Source of the DNA: an uncultured Oscillospiraceae bacterium
Lineage (GTDB): Bacteria > Bacillota > Clostridia > Oscillospirales > Oscillospiraceae
DNA: 64,000 bases
NCBI GenBank assembly: GCA_947625045.1
Contig: CANQMW010000015.1
Location: 1,429 to 65,428 of the forward strand
Direction of reading: 5' to 3'
The notes under the pieces were generated by a model, which saw only the letters and a list, made by a program, of their open reading frames with translations, did no database searches and was not told the origin of the DNA. Positions 51,260 through 59,160 of the stretch are shown here, piece by piece; position 1 is the first letter of the stretch, and every line of letters begins with the position of its first letter. The translations under genes were made by a program, and so were the position numbers.

Positions 51260-52609
51260 CTATAACCTTTGTTTCTTCAACCCCACCCCGATCAATCTGT
51301 CCGCCTGATCCGCCATAAACAACGGGATATTCAGCACGTCATCGTCCAGCTTCAGGTTGTCCAGAGAAAACCGAATACGGAGCTTAACTTCCTCCGGGAA
51401 CAGTTCCTTGAACTTCCGCAGGCTTCGGCTGGCGGTATTGGCCTCGGACTTGACCTCCACCGGGAAAATGTCGTTCTCCCGTTGGATCAGGAAATCCACC
51501 TCATATGGCGGGTTGGTCTGGCTCCAATAGCGGGGCATGACCTCGAACTGGGTGATGAGCGTTTGCAGCACATAGTTTTCCGTCAGCGCGCCTTTAAACT
51601 CCGTGAACAAGCGGTTCCCCTCGCCAAAGGCGGTCGGCGCCAGCTGTGCCAGCCGCCGCAAGACGCCCACATCCGCCAGGTAGATCTTGAACGCGGACAA
51701 ATCATCATAGGCCGACACGGGCAGCCGTGGCGCGGAACTGCGGTAGACCTTATGCACCAAGCGGGCGTCCACCAGCCATTGCAGGGCGTCTTCGTACTCC
51801 CTGGCCCGGGCCCCCTCCTTCACGACCTTGTAGATGAACTTTTTATTCTCGCGCGCAAGCTGCGAGGGAATGGACTTCCATACCATGGATATTTTCGGGA
51901 ATTCTTTCACGTCCGGGTGCTTGCCGAAATCCCGCTCATAGGCCCCGATGATGTTGGACAGCGCCTCCTGCATGGCCTCCACGTCCCGCTCCTGGGTCCA
52001 CATAGCCACCGGCTCCGGCATGCCGCCCGTGACGTAATACATCTTCAACCGCTCATAAAGCGGGTTGAAAAAGGCGTCCGGTATCGGCTCAATGGCATCC
52101 ACGCGGTCCATATACTCCACAAGATTCCCGTCCCCGTTGGCCAGCAGAAATTCTGTGAACGTCATGGGGTCGATCTGCATGAAGTTGACCTTGCCCACCG
52201 GGAAGGAGGCCGGCTTCGCCAGCGCGATGCCCAGCAGGGACCCGGCGCAGGCGACGTGATACTGCGGCGCGTTCTCACAAAAATACTTCATGGAATTGAT
52301 GACCTTCGGGCAGTCCTGCACCTCGTCGAAGATGATCAGGGTCTTCTCCGGGACGATTTTCTGCCCGCTGGCCAGCATCAAATTTTGCAGGATGCGCTCC
52401 ACGTCCTTGGTGGTCTCGAAAAACTGCTTATATTCCTCGTTCTCGTCAAAGTTGAAGTAGGCAGTGTTGTCATAGTACCGCCGCCCGAACTCTTTGAGCA
52501 CCCAGGTCTTGCCCACTTGCCGTACGCCTTTCAGGATCAGCGGCTTGCGGTGCTTGGAATTTTTCCACTTCAACAGGTCATTTAAGATCGATCGCTCCAC
52601 AAAAGACAC
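51260..52609 (-). CDS. AAA-type ATPase with DUF4143-like C-terminal domain
   Basis: GTG start. ILKGVRQVGKTW (Walker A) and LIIFDEVQ (Walker B) are present. The architecture is typical of the AAA_14/DUF4143 ATP-binding proteins. Confidence 0.7.
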   Translation of the reverse strand: MSFVERSILNDLLKWKNSKHRKPLILKGVRQVGKTWVLKEFGRRYYDNTAYFNFDENEEYKQFFETTKDVERILQNLMLASGQKIVPEKTLIIFDEVQDCPKVINSMKYFCENAPQYHVACAGSLLGIALAKPASFPVGKVNFMQIDPMTFTEFLLANGDGNLVEYMDRVDAIEPIPDAFFNPLYERLKMYYVTGGMPEPVAMWTQERDVEAMQEALSNIIGAYERDFGKHPDVKEFPKISMVWKSIPSQLARENKKFIYKVVKEGARAREYEDALQWLVDARLVHKVYRSSAPRLPVSAYDDLSAFKIYLADVGVLRRLAQLAPTAFGEGNRLFTEFKGALTENYVLQTLITQFEVMPRYWSQTNPPYEVDFLIQRENDIFPVEVKSEANTASRSLRKFKELFPEEVKLRIRFSLDNLKLDDDVLNIPLFMADQADRLIGVGLKKQRL

Positions 52610-52700
52610 CTCATCACACTTTTATACCAGAATTAGCGCTTTATAATCACACTTTTATAGAATTATACGCCGGGACAGCTAAAAAAGCAAGTAAGAATGC

Positions 52701-52729
52701 AAAAAATAAGGGCACGGTTTCCCGTGCCC
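52701..52729 (-). terminator. Rho-independent terminator (minus strand) ending the mobilisation operon
   Basis: GGGCACGG-TTTC-CCGTGCCC, followed on the minus strand by TTATTTTTT. Confidence 0.8.
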
Positions 52730-52733
52730 CTAT

Positions 52734-52901
52734 TCATGCTGTCGGTTTGCCAGGCCCTGTCCAGGCGTTGATCTTCAAGGCCATCTTATTGCGCTCGCGT
52801 TCTGTGATCAGTCCGCGCTCAAACAGGACCTGATTATAATAATGAAGCCATGTGCGTGATGCAACGATCTCCTTGGTTTTTAGTGCGCTCTGCTTTGCCA
52901 C
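52734..52901 (-). CDS. Small hypothetical protein (55 aa) downstream of the relaxase
   Basis: Hand translation from a GTG start gives AKQSALKTKEIVASRTWLHYYNQVLFERGLITERERNKMALKINAWTGPGKPTA. RBS GAGGGTGAGG. Confidence 0.45.
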   Translation of the reverse strand: MAKQSALKTKEIVASRTWLHYYNQVLFERGLITERERNKMALKINAWTGPGKPTA

Positions 52902-52980
52902 ACGGCCTCACCCTCTTTGATCATTCCCACTTTGCGGATCAAGAATCCCTCCTTTTGCCAAAAAAGTTTGATCTACTCAT

Positions 52981-54450
52981 TCAACGTTCTCTTTTGTCAT
53001 TTTGTCTTTCCTGCTCGATTATCGGCTGGCCGCGCTGATCCAGCGCTACATTGACGTGGTGCCGGACCTGCAGCAGCTTCGTGAGATCATCCCGCAGGGG
53101 CTTGTACTTGGCGTAGGCCGCCTCATGCTCCCGCGCCAGCCTTTCCATCTCCCGCTGCCAAGCGGAGATGGGCAGCTTGCCGTCCGGCGTGAGGACATCC
53201 TTCAACTTGCGCCTGGTCATATAGAACAGCCGCAGCTCGCGTTCATGCTCCTGTCTGTATTTCTCCCGCTGGCCCTTCCAGCGGATGCTGTTCATCTCGT
53301 CAAAGACAGGCTTTAGCCGGGCGTAGTTCTCCGCCTGCTGGAGCAGGTCCTTCAGCTCCTTCTGGCGTTTGTTGGAATCATCAAGCTCCGCCTTCAGCGC
53401 GGCGACCTGACCGCTGATGAAATCGACCCGCTCCGTCAGCGCCTCCACCGTGAACAGTTTGTTCTCCATGATGTAGTTATAGGCTTCCACAAACTGCTTC
53501 AGATTGCCCAGCTTTGCCTTCTGGCTCCACGCTCCGGCGTTTCTCATGGCAATGTAATCGCCCAGAAGCTGGCCCAGGTTGGGCTGCTGGGGCTGGGACA
53601 GCTCACGTCTGACATCTTTCAGCCAGTCCAGCAACATGGTGATCTTCTTCCGCAGGCTGCGGATGGCCGCGTTGGCAGAGCGAATCCAGCGGTTGAGATC
53701 GCCCTTGTCGGTAGGGATGCCCTTTGCCTCCATCTGGCGGACGGCGGGACCCTCATGGACCGTCGGTATCTGGTCGATGCCTTGACGTTCATAGGAGCGG
53801 TGGTCTATCCGGCAGTCCAGGCCCTTTTCCTCAAACTTGGCGTTGCACAGCGCGGCCCACGCCTCCCGCCAGGATCCCAGCCGCTCCGGGCTGCCCCAAT
53901 CAGTGGTAGGCACAGCGTCAAAGGTCGCCTTGCCGTTCTCGTCAAGAATGCGGTCGCCGTTCTCGTCCAAGTGATACACGCGGCGCTGCTTGTATCCCCA
54001 CTTCCCGTTCTCTTTCAACGGCCGGATTGGACAGAGGATGTGGAAGTGGGGATTTTGTATCTCTTTGTCCGGCTTATGGATGGAGAAGTCTGCGATCATA
54101 CCCCGGCTGACAAGCTGCTCCGATACAAATTGCCTTGCAAGAGCGATGTTCTCCTCCAGGGAAAACTCGTTCTGCAAGGCAACGTCAAAGCTGTATGCAA
54201 GCTGGGCGTCTTTGTTCCGCTCTGCCTGCTCCAAGGCGTTCCATAGGGTCTGCCGGTCCGCGTATTCCAGCGGCGCATTTGTCGGGAGAAGTATCTCGGA
54301 ACAGATCACGCCTTTCTTGTGGCTGTAATCGCTGGTCTCGCCGTAGTATTCGCTGTAAAGTTTCTCTCCGGCGCGGTAGGCGGCGGAAGCGATGGCGGAC
54401 TGACCGGCGCTGCGCTGGATCTGGGTGACGTGGAAATGATAGAGGACCAT
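52981..54450 (-). CDS. MobA/MobL-family (MOBQ-type) relaxase
   Basis: The N-terminus MVLYHFHVTQIQRSAGQSAIASAAYRAGEKL and the HxH-type block (NPHFHIL) are present, followed by a coiled-coil C-terminus. Confidence 0.85.
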   Translation of the reverse strand: MVLYHFHVTQIQRSAGQSAIASAAYRAGEKLYSEYYGETSDYSHKKGVICSEILLPTNAPLEYADRQTLWNALEQAERNKDAQLAYSFDVALQNEFSLEENIALARQFVSEQLVSRGMIADFSIHKPDKEIQNPHFHILCPIRPLKENGKWGYKQRRVYHLDENGDRILDENGKATFDAVPTTDWGSPERLGSWREAWAALCNAKFEEKGLDCRIDHRSYERQGIDQIPTVHEGPAVRQMEAKGIPTDKGDLNRWIRSANAAIRSLRKKITMLLDWLKDVRRELSQPQQPNLGQLLGDYIAMRNAGAWSQKAKLGNLKQFVEAYNYIMENKLFTVEALTERVDFISGQVAALKAELDDSNKRQKELKDLLQQAENYARLKPVFDEMNSIRWKGQREKYRQEHERELRLFYMTRRKLKDVLTPDGKLPISAWQREMERLAREHEAAYAKYKPLRDDLTKLLQVRHHVNVALDQRGQPIIEQERQNDKRER

Positions 54451-54741
54451 TTACAAATCCTCCCCTTGCAGCGTCCTACGGATAACGGCCTGGGCTTCCG
54501 GCAGGGATAGTATCTGCTCCATGAGGCCATAGAATGGCACTTCCTCCATGCTCTTGACCTCCGGGACGATGCTCTCCACGGCGGCCCCACGGGTGATGAG
54601 CCGGTGCGCCCGTGCGGTCCGCTCGGCATGGTTCAGATACTTCGCCCGATTCTCCAGCCGCTGGATGCGGTGTTGGTACTGTTCCAACAGAGCCTTGTCT
54701 CTGGCCTGTTCCGCTCTCAGCTGCTCCAGCGTCTTGCTCAT
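54451..54741 (-). CDS. Relaxase-associated coiled-coil protein (DUF3847-like)
   Basis: 96 aa. Its stop directly abuts the relaxase ATG (TAAATG). The family name is from memory of similar clostridial Mob modules. Confidence 0.55.
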   Translation of the reverse strand: MSKTLEQLRAEQARDKALLEQYQHRIQRLENRAKYLNHAERTARAHRLITRGAAVESIVPEVKSMEEVPFYGLMEQILSLPEAQAVIRRTLQGEDL

Positions 54742-55001
54742 CTGCGTTCCTCCCGGGGCTTCCAGCGTTTGGACCAGTAACGATCACAGACGACGATGCC
54801 CATGCGGAAGCTCTGCTTGCAGTCCTGGGTGCAGCCTCTACAGATAGGGCATAACAGCCGCTTTGCGCTGTTATGCCCAAGTAATACCAGTCGTACTCCC
54901 GGCTCGCGCCGGAACCGCACGACATGGTACTGCATGATACGATTACGGCGGTTGAGGAAAAAAGACCATTCCTCCCGCCGTTTCTTGCTCATACGCGGCA
55001 T
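54738..55001 (-). CDS. Small basic Cys-containing hypothetical protein
   Basis: 87 aa, RBS AAAGGAG 7 nt upstream. Contains CPICRGCTQDC. ATGA-type overlap with the next gene. Confidence 0.45.
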   Translation of the reverse strand: MPRMSKKRREEWSFFLNRRNRIMQYHVVRFRREPGVRLVLLGHNSAKRLLCPICRGCTQDCKQSFRMGIVVCDRYWSKRWKPREERR

Positions 55002-55262
55002 TGTTACTCCTTTTCATACGATAATTGAGATTTGGTGGACCGGGAAGATTTCTGTATGTTCCCGGTGTCATTTTGGCGATTTTTCGGCGCTGTGAGCGCG
55101 TTTTCGCCTTCCCGCCGTGCCGGGACAGCGGGGCGGCGAAAAGCGGCATTTTGTATCTTGTTGGGAACATTGTGATCCCTCCTTCAGAATGGATTTCCGA
55201 CATGGGGATAGAAAAAGCAGCCACGAGCTGTCTCGTGACTGCAATTTGCATCTCTGTCTGAT

Positions 55263-55715
55263 TTAGTGTTCGCTTAGAAAATCGTTATACTGGCTATGGG
55301 CAAACACCTCATACCCGGCGGCGATCTTGGCGATCCGTTTGGAGATGGCCCCGGTAGTCTTAAAGCCTAGCTTGTCCGCGATCTGCTGCTGGGTGAAGCC
55401 CTCCATCCTCATCCGCAGGATCGTCTGATCGTCCGGGGACAGGCTGGCGAAAAACGAATCCACCGCATCCCGCGACATGACCTTCTTCTCATACTCCGCC
55501 CGCGGGTCCTCAATGTCATACAGCATGTCGCCATCCAGCTTGGTCCCGTTCTGTGCGATGTCCTCCAGGGAAAGGTGCGTGGCCGTCCGGTCATGATACC
55601 AGGAGCGGAGGAAATCCCGTTTCTTTGAGTTTTTCCCGCGGTTGTAATCCTCCGCTTGCCGATCAAGCCATATCTCGTCGATGATGGGCTGCCAGTTTTC
55701 CTCAGCGACGATCAT
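55263..55715 (-). CDS. Sigma-70 region-4-like / LuxR-type HTH protein (MGE sigma-like factor)
   Basis: LSPDDQTILRMRMEGFTQQQIADKLGFKTTGAISKRIAKI is a region-4 HTH pattern. Confidence 0.55.
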   Translation of the reverse strand: MIVAEENWQPIIDEIWLDRQAEDYNRGKNSKKRDFLRSWYHDRTATHLSLEDIAQNGTKLDGDMLYDIEDPRAEYEKKVMSRDAVDSFFASLSPDDQTILRMRMEGFTQQQIADKLGFKTTGAISKRIAKIAAGYEVFAHSQYNDFLSEH

Positions 55716-56211
55716 ATCCGTGAGATTCCCGATAAGGTTGCTGAACTGCTGCCAGTTCAGCCAGGGGGACCTCTACGTTCTCCGGCATGAGGAACAGCCG
55801 CTGGAAGCTCCAATCCATCTCCGTCTCAAACTTCTTGCGGAAGTGCCGGATGATGTCATAGGACATTCGCCAGAGCGGGAAGTCGCCGGAGTAGTCCTGC
55901 CACTCGCCGGGGATGTCGTGATACGTTCCGCCTTTGAAGGGAACTAGGAAAAACTGCCACGCCGCCCATGCGTAACAGTCCCAAACCAGCTCCAAAAACG
56001 AATCGTCCTCGATGAGCTTTCTGGCCGCCTCATCCGACAGGAGTTTTACGATGTTCCGAGGGAGAGTGAGAAAGACCGGCCGCTTCTCCACAAGCTCTCT
56101 GGGCAAAGCGTAAAACAGTGTCATCCACGACAGATAGCTGTCCTGGGGTATCTCCATGATCCCATCTGCCAGCATAACGATGAAACCGGAAGGGCCGTTC
56201 TGGTCTGCCAT
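55702..56211 (-). CDS. Hypothetical protein, first gene of the mobilisation operon
   Basis: 169 aa, RBS GAAGGAGG upstream of the ATG. 14-nt overlap with the sigma-like gene. Confidence 0.55.
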   Translation of the reverse strand: MADQNGPSGFIVMLADGIMEIPQDSYLSWMTLFYALPRELVEKRPVFLTLPRNIVKLLSDEAARKLIEDDSFLELVWDCYAWAAWQFFLVPFKGGTYHDIPGEWQDYSGDFPLWRMSYDIIRHFRKKFETEMDWSFQRLFLMPENVEVPLAELAAVQQPYRESHGYDRR

Positions 56212-56318
56212 ATGCTCACCTCCTTCGGCTCAGGGAATGGCCCCTCCATAATAAATGGGCATGAGAAGGGCCAAATTGTTCCGGGAACGCGAAAAAATTT
56301 TTGAAAAATTTCAAAAAC

Positions 56319-56347
56319 ATTATAACTGTCTCTCTGTTGCTTGTCCA
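56319..56347 (-). promoter_or_regulatory. Sigma-A-type promoter for the minus-strand mobilisation operon
   Basis: On the minus strand: TGGACA, 17 nt, TATAAT. A TTGAAA-AA-TTTCAA palindrome lies just downstream in the leader. Confidence 0.6.
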
Positions 56348-56668
56348 GCCGCCTCTTTCACGGCTCATCAGGAAGCAGGCAGCAGGGGGGATAGCCTCAT
56401 GGGGTCCCCGCAAAACATGGTTTTGTGGGGAGAGGAGGAGCAAGGGAGCGTGTGCAGTTTTCGCTTTAGCGGAAACGGAACAGAGCGGACTTTGCGACGA
56501 CGAGGCGCAAGGGGGCCGCCCCTTGAACGGAGCAGCAGCGACGCAAAACAGCCCGGACATTCGCCTGTCCGGGCTGTGCCTCGCAGAGCGCACATGCATG
56601 GTCGTCAGACCATGTATAGAAGTGCGCCCTTTGTTCCAAAGGGACTTTCCCTGCGTTTCAGTTTGCAG

Positions 56669-56697
56669 TTGACCTATTCGCCAATATCTGATATAAT
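56669..56697 (+). promoter_or_regulatory. Sigma-A-type promoter for the serine recombinase gene
   Basis: TTGACC, 17 nt, TATAAT, about 50 nt upstream of the ATG at 56748. Confidence 0.7.
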
Positions 56698-56747
56698 CTT
56701 TGTAGTAATGATAATATGACTAACAAAAATAAAATGGAGGAATTGCG

Positions 56748-58487
56748 ATGGACATACATACCATACGCCAGCAGCTGCGGACGAAGTCGCTCTATGACAT
56801 CAGACTGCGGGTGACGTACTATGCCCGCGTGTCCTCCGAGTCGGATGAGCAGCTCAACTCCCTTGGCAACCAGATCACCTACTACGAAGACCTGATCCGG
56901 AAAAACAAGGCATGGACTTTTGTTCCCGGCTACATCGACGAGGGCATCTCCGGCATCAGCACCCGGCATCGGAAAAACTTCAACCTGATGATCCAGGACG
57001 CGGCGGAGGACAAATTCGACCTCATCATCACAAAGGAGATCTCCCGTTTTGCCCGCAACACCCTGGACTCCATCCAGTACACCCGCCAGCTTTTGGACTG
57101 CGGCGTGGGGGTGTTCTTCCAAAACGACAACATCAACACTTTGGACGAGGACTCCGAACTTCGGCTGGCCATTATGAGCTCCATCGCCCAGGACGAGCTG
57201 CGCAAGCTGTCCAGCCGTATCAAGTTCGGCCACCAGCAGGCCATCAAATCCAAGGTCGTGCTGGGCAACAACCGCATCTTCGGCTACCGGAAGGACAACA
57301 AGCGCCTGGTCATCGACGAGACCCAGGCGCCCATGGTGCGGGAGCTGTTCGAGCTATACGCCACCGGCGAGTACAGCATGAAGCAGTTGGAGCGGATATT
57401 CTGGGACAAGGGCTATCGGAACAGCAACGGCAACAAGATCGCCCACACCACCATGAGCGGCATCATCTCCAACCCCAAGTACAAGGGGTACTATGTGGGC
57501 AACAAAGTCAAAGTCGTGGACATGTTTACGAAAAAGCAGAAGTTCCTCCCGCCTGACGAGTGGGTCATGTTCAAGGACGAGACGGGCCAGATCGTGCCCG
57601 CCATCGTGCCCGAGGAACTGTGGGAACAGGCCAACACTGTCCTGCGCCGGCGCAGCGAGGATGTGAAGTCCCGGCAGGGCATCTGCAATCACGCAAACCT
57701 CCTCACTGGCAAACTTATATGCACCCAGTGCGGAAAGCCTTATTACCGCCGGGAGTCCAGAGACCGGAAGGGCAACGTCAACAGCCGCTGGGTCTGCGCC
57801 GGGAAGATCAACAACGGGGCCGACTCCTGCGACAGCTTCGCCATCTACGAGGACGAGATCAAGCCCCTGCTTTTTGAGGTGTTCCGGGACACGGAGGTAG
57901 ACGCCGAGGCCATGATCGGAGAGTACGTCCGGATGTATCAGGAGATCACCGACGACGACCGGCTGCCGGAGCAGATCAAGACCCTGCGGCAGACCATCGA
58001 CCTGGCGGAGAAGAAGAAATCCAAGCTGCTGGATTACAACGTCACCGGCCAGATCAGCGACAACGACTTTGTGACCATGACCCGCGCCTGCAACGAGGAC
58101 ATCGACGCAGCCCAGGAGCAGCTGGAAGAACTGGAGAACAGAGAGCAGACCGGGCGGGAATTTCAGAAGCACATCGCCTCTATCCGCGCCACGCTGGAAT
58201 CCGCCCGCCGGGACGCCGCCAAGGGCATCATCACAAAAAATTATGTAAACCAATATATTGATAAAATCTTCGTCACACCGGTGGACGAGCACACCATGAA
58301 ATTGGAGATCAAGATCTTTACCGGAGAGACCACGGCAAAATTCCTGCAAAAGCTCCGTCAGCACGAACAAAGTCTAAAAGCCGCAAACCCGCCTGTACCA
58401 ACGGTTTCCGGCTCTGACGATGAATTCTGTCATGTGGGTCACACGTCTAAAAAGATGATCGAGGCCTACGAGAACGGCATGAAGTGA
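56748..58487 (+). CDS. Large serine recombinase (resolvase domain, recombinase domain and zinc ribbon)
   Basis: RVTYYARVSSESDEQLNSLGNQ carries the catalytic Ser. A Cys cluster (CTQCGKPYYRR...WVCAG...CDS) and a coiled-coil C-terminus are present. Confidence 0.9.
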   Translation: MDIHTIRQQLRTKSLYDIRLRVTYYARVSSESDEQLNSLGNQITYYEDLIRKNKAWTFVPGYIDEGISGISTRHRKNFNLMIQDAAEDKFDLIITKEISRFARNTLDSIQYTRQLLDCGVGVFFQNDNINTLDEDSELRLAIMSSIAQDELRKLSSRIKFGHQQAIKSKVVLGNNRIFGYRKDNKRLVIDETQAPMVRELFELYATGEYSMKQLERIFWDKGYRNSNGNKIAHTTMSGIISNPKYKGYYVGNKVKVVDMFTKKQKFLPPDEWVMFKDETGQIVPAIVPEELWEQANTVLRRRSEDVKSRQGICNHANLLTGKLICTQCGKPYYRRESRDRKGNVNSRWVCAGKINNGADSCDSFAIYEDEIKPLLFEVFRDTEVDAEAMIGEYVRMYQEITDDDRLPEQIKTLRQTIDLAEKKKSKLLDYNVTGQISDNDFVTMTRACNEDIDAAQEQLEELENREQTGREFQKHIASIRATLESARRDAAKGIITKNYVNQYIDKIFVTPVDEHTMKLEIKIFTGETTAKFLQKLRQHEQSLKAANPPVPTVSGSDDEFCHVGHTSKKMIEAYENGMK

Positions 58488-58507
58488 GTTCCTCTGTAAC
58501 AAGAGGG

Positions 58508-58539
58508 GCGGCGCGGCAGAAATGCCGCGCCGCTTTTTT
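58508..58539. terminator. Rho-independent terminator overlapping the stop codon of the convergent peptidase gene
   Basis: GCGGCGCGGCA-GAAA-TGCCGCGCCGC followed by TTTTTT. Confidence 0.8.
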
Positions 58540-59158
58540 ACTTATTAGGGTATCGCACACTCACGGCCATGGCCCGCTGGGCCAAGTGCCGCTGCTCCGT
58601 GAGTTCTTTTGGATAATGTATGAGCCCGTGGTCCTCCCAGGGGTCGTTGAACCAGTACCCCTCCTTATCATATCCCACCAGGAGCATGCAGTGCTCGTTG
58701 GAGGTCCATTCAAACGTCTCCCCGCTGTCCCAAAGCCGCCAGAAAGGCCCCTTGACCGGCGGGCGCATGTCGATGCAGGCCCAGAATACCACGGGGACAT
58801 CATGGTTTACATAATTTTCTATCAGTGCCTCCATAGATGTTCCCGTTTCGTCCACCACAAGGGGCGGGTCGGCCATGCGGTCCGCCAGGACCTTTTCCAG
58901 GGCCGCGCGGATCACAGGGGCATAGCAGCCCATGCCGTCTTCGTCATAGGGACTGCCGCAAAATACCTTTCGGGGGTCCGGGCCCCAAAGCTCTCCGTCC
59001 CGGGTCTCAAAGCTGCCCATAGGCAGGTAATTTTGGATGAACGCATCCACCGTGATATCCACCCCCAGATGGCGCAGCAGCATCACCGCGCTGACGCTCT
59101 CGCAGCCGGTGGGAAAAGTCCCCTTTTGCCCGATATACGGGGCGTGTATCAGTTTCAC
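58538..59158 (-). CDS. C39-like cysteine peptidase (YvpB-like)
   Basis: TGCESVSAVMLL holds the candidate Cys and NEHCMLLVGYD holds the candidate His. Confidence 0.6.
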   Translation of the reverse strand: MKLIHAPYIGQKGTFPTGCESVSAVMLLRHLGVDITVDAFIQNYLPMGSFETRDGELWGPDPRKVFCGSPYDEDGMGCYAPVIRAALEKVLADRMADPPLVVDETGTSMEALIENYVNHDVPVVFWACIDMRPPVKGPFWRLWDSGETFEWTSNEHCMLLVGYDKEGYWFNDPWEDHGLIHYPKELTEQRHLAQRAMAVSVRYPNK

Positions 59159-59160
59159 GC

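Larger units (their letters stand above)
39545..58507. mobile_element. Putative integrative mobilizable element / genomic island carrying a defence cassette; ends not defined
   Basis: It contains a tyrosine recombinase, XRE HTH, Spo0A_C-like and SASP-like genes, a MobA/MobL relaxase, a DUF3847-like gene, a sigma-like gene and a large serine recombinase. An AT-richer cargo block lies inside. The left limit is placed at the AT-rich gap 3' of the integrase gene. The right limit is placed at the terminator abutting the neighbouring gene's stop. Confidence 0.45.

Noticed and set aside
51269-52585. 438-aa plus-strand ORF opposite the AAA ATPase gene
   Set aside because: It is in codon register with the sense gene (a shadow ORF). 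It has no motifs, whereas the sense strand has Walker A and B.
54943-55170. 75-aa ORF (MFPTRYKMPLF...) with a strong RBS (GAAGGAGGG) between the sigma-like gene and the Cys-containing small ORF
   Set aside because: It overlaps the next ORF by about 59 nt. It is highly basic, low-complexity and has no recognisable fold. It could be real, but I cannot support it from sequence alone.
56255-56719. ORFs of 75-154 aa on both strands in the region between the Mob operon and the serine recombinase
   Set aside because: They have no RBS, overlap each other and contain promoter elements. Their composition is dominated by Arg/Gly/Ser/Pro from GC-rich hairpins. I treated the region as non-coding.
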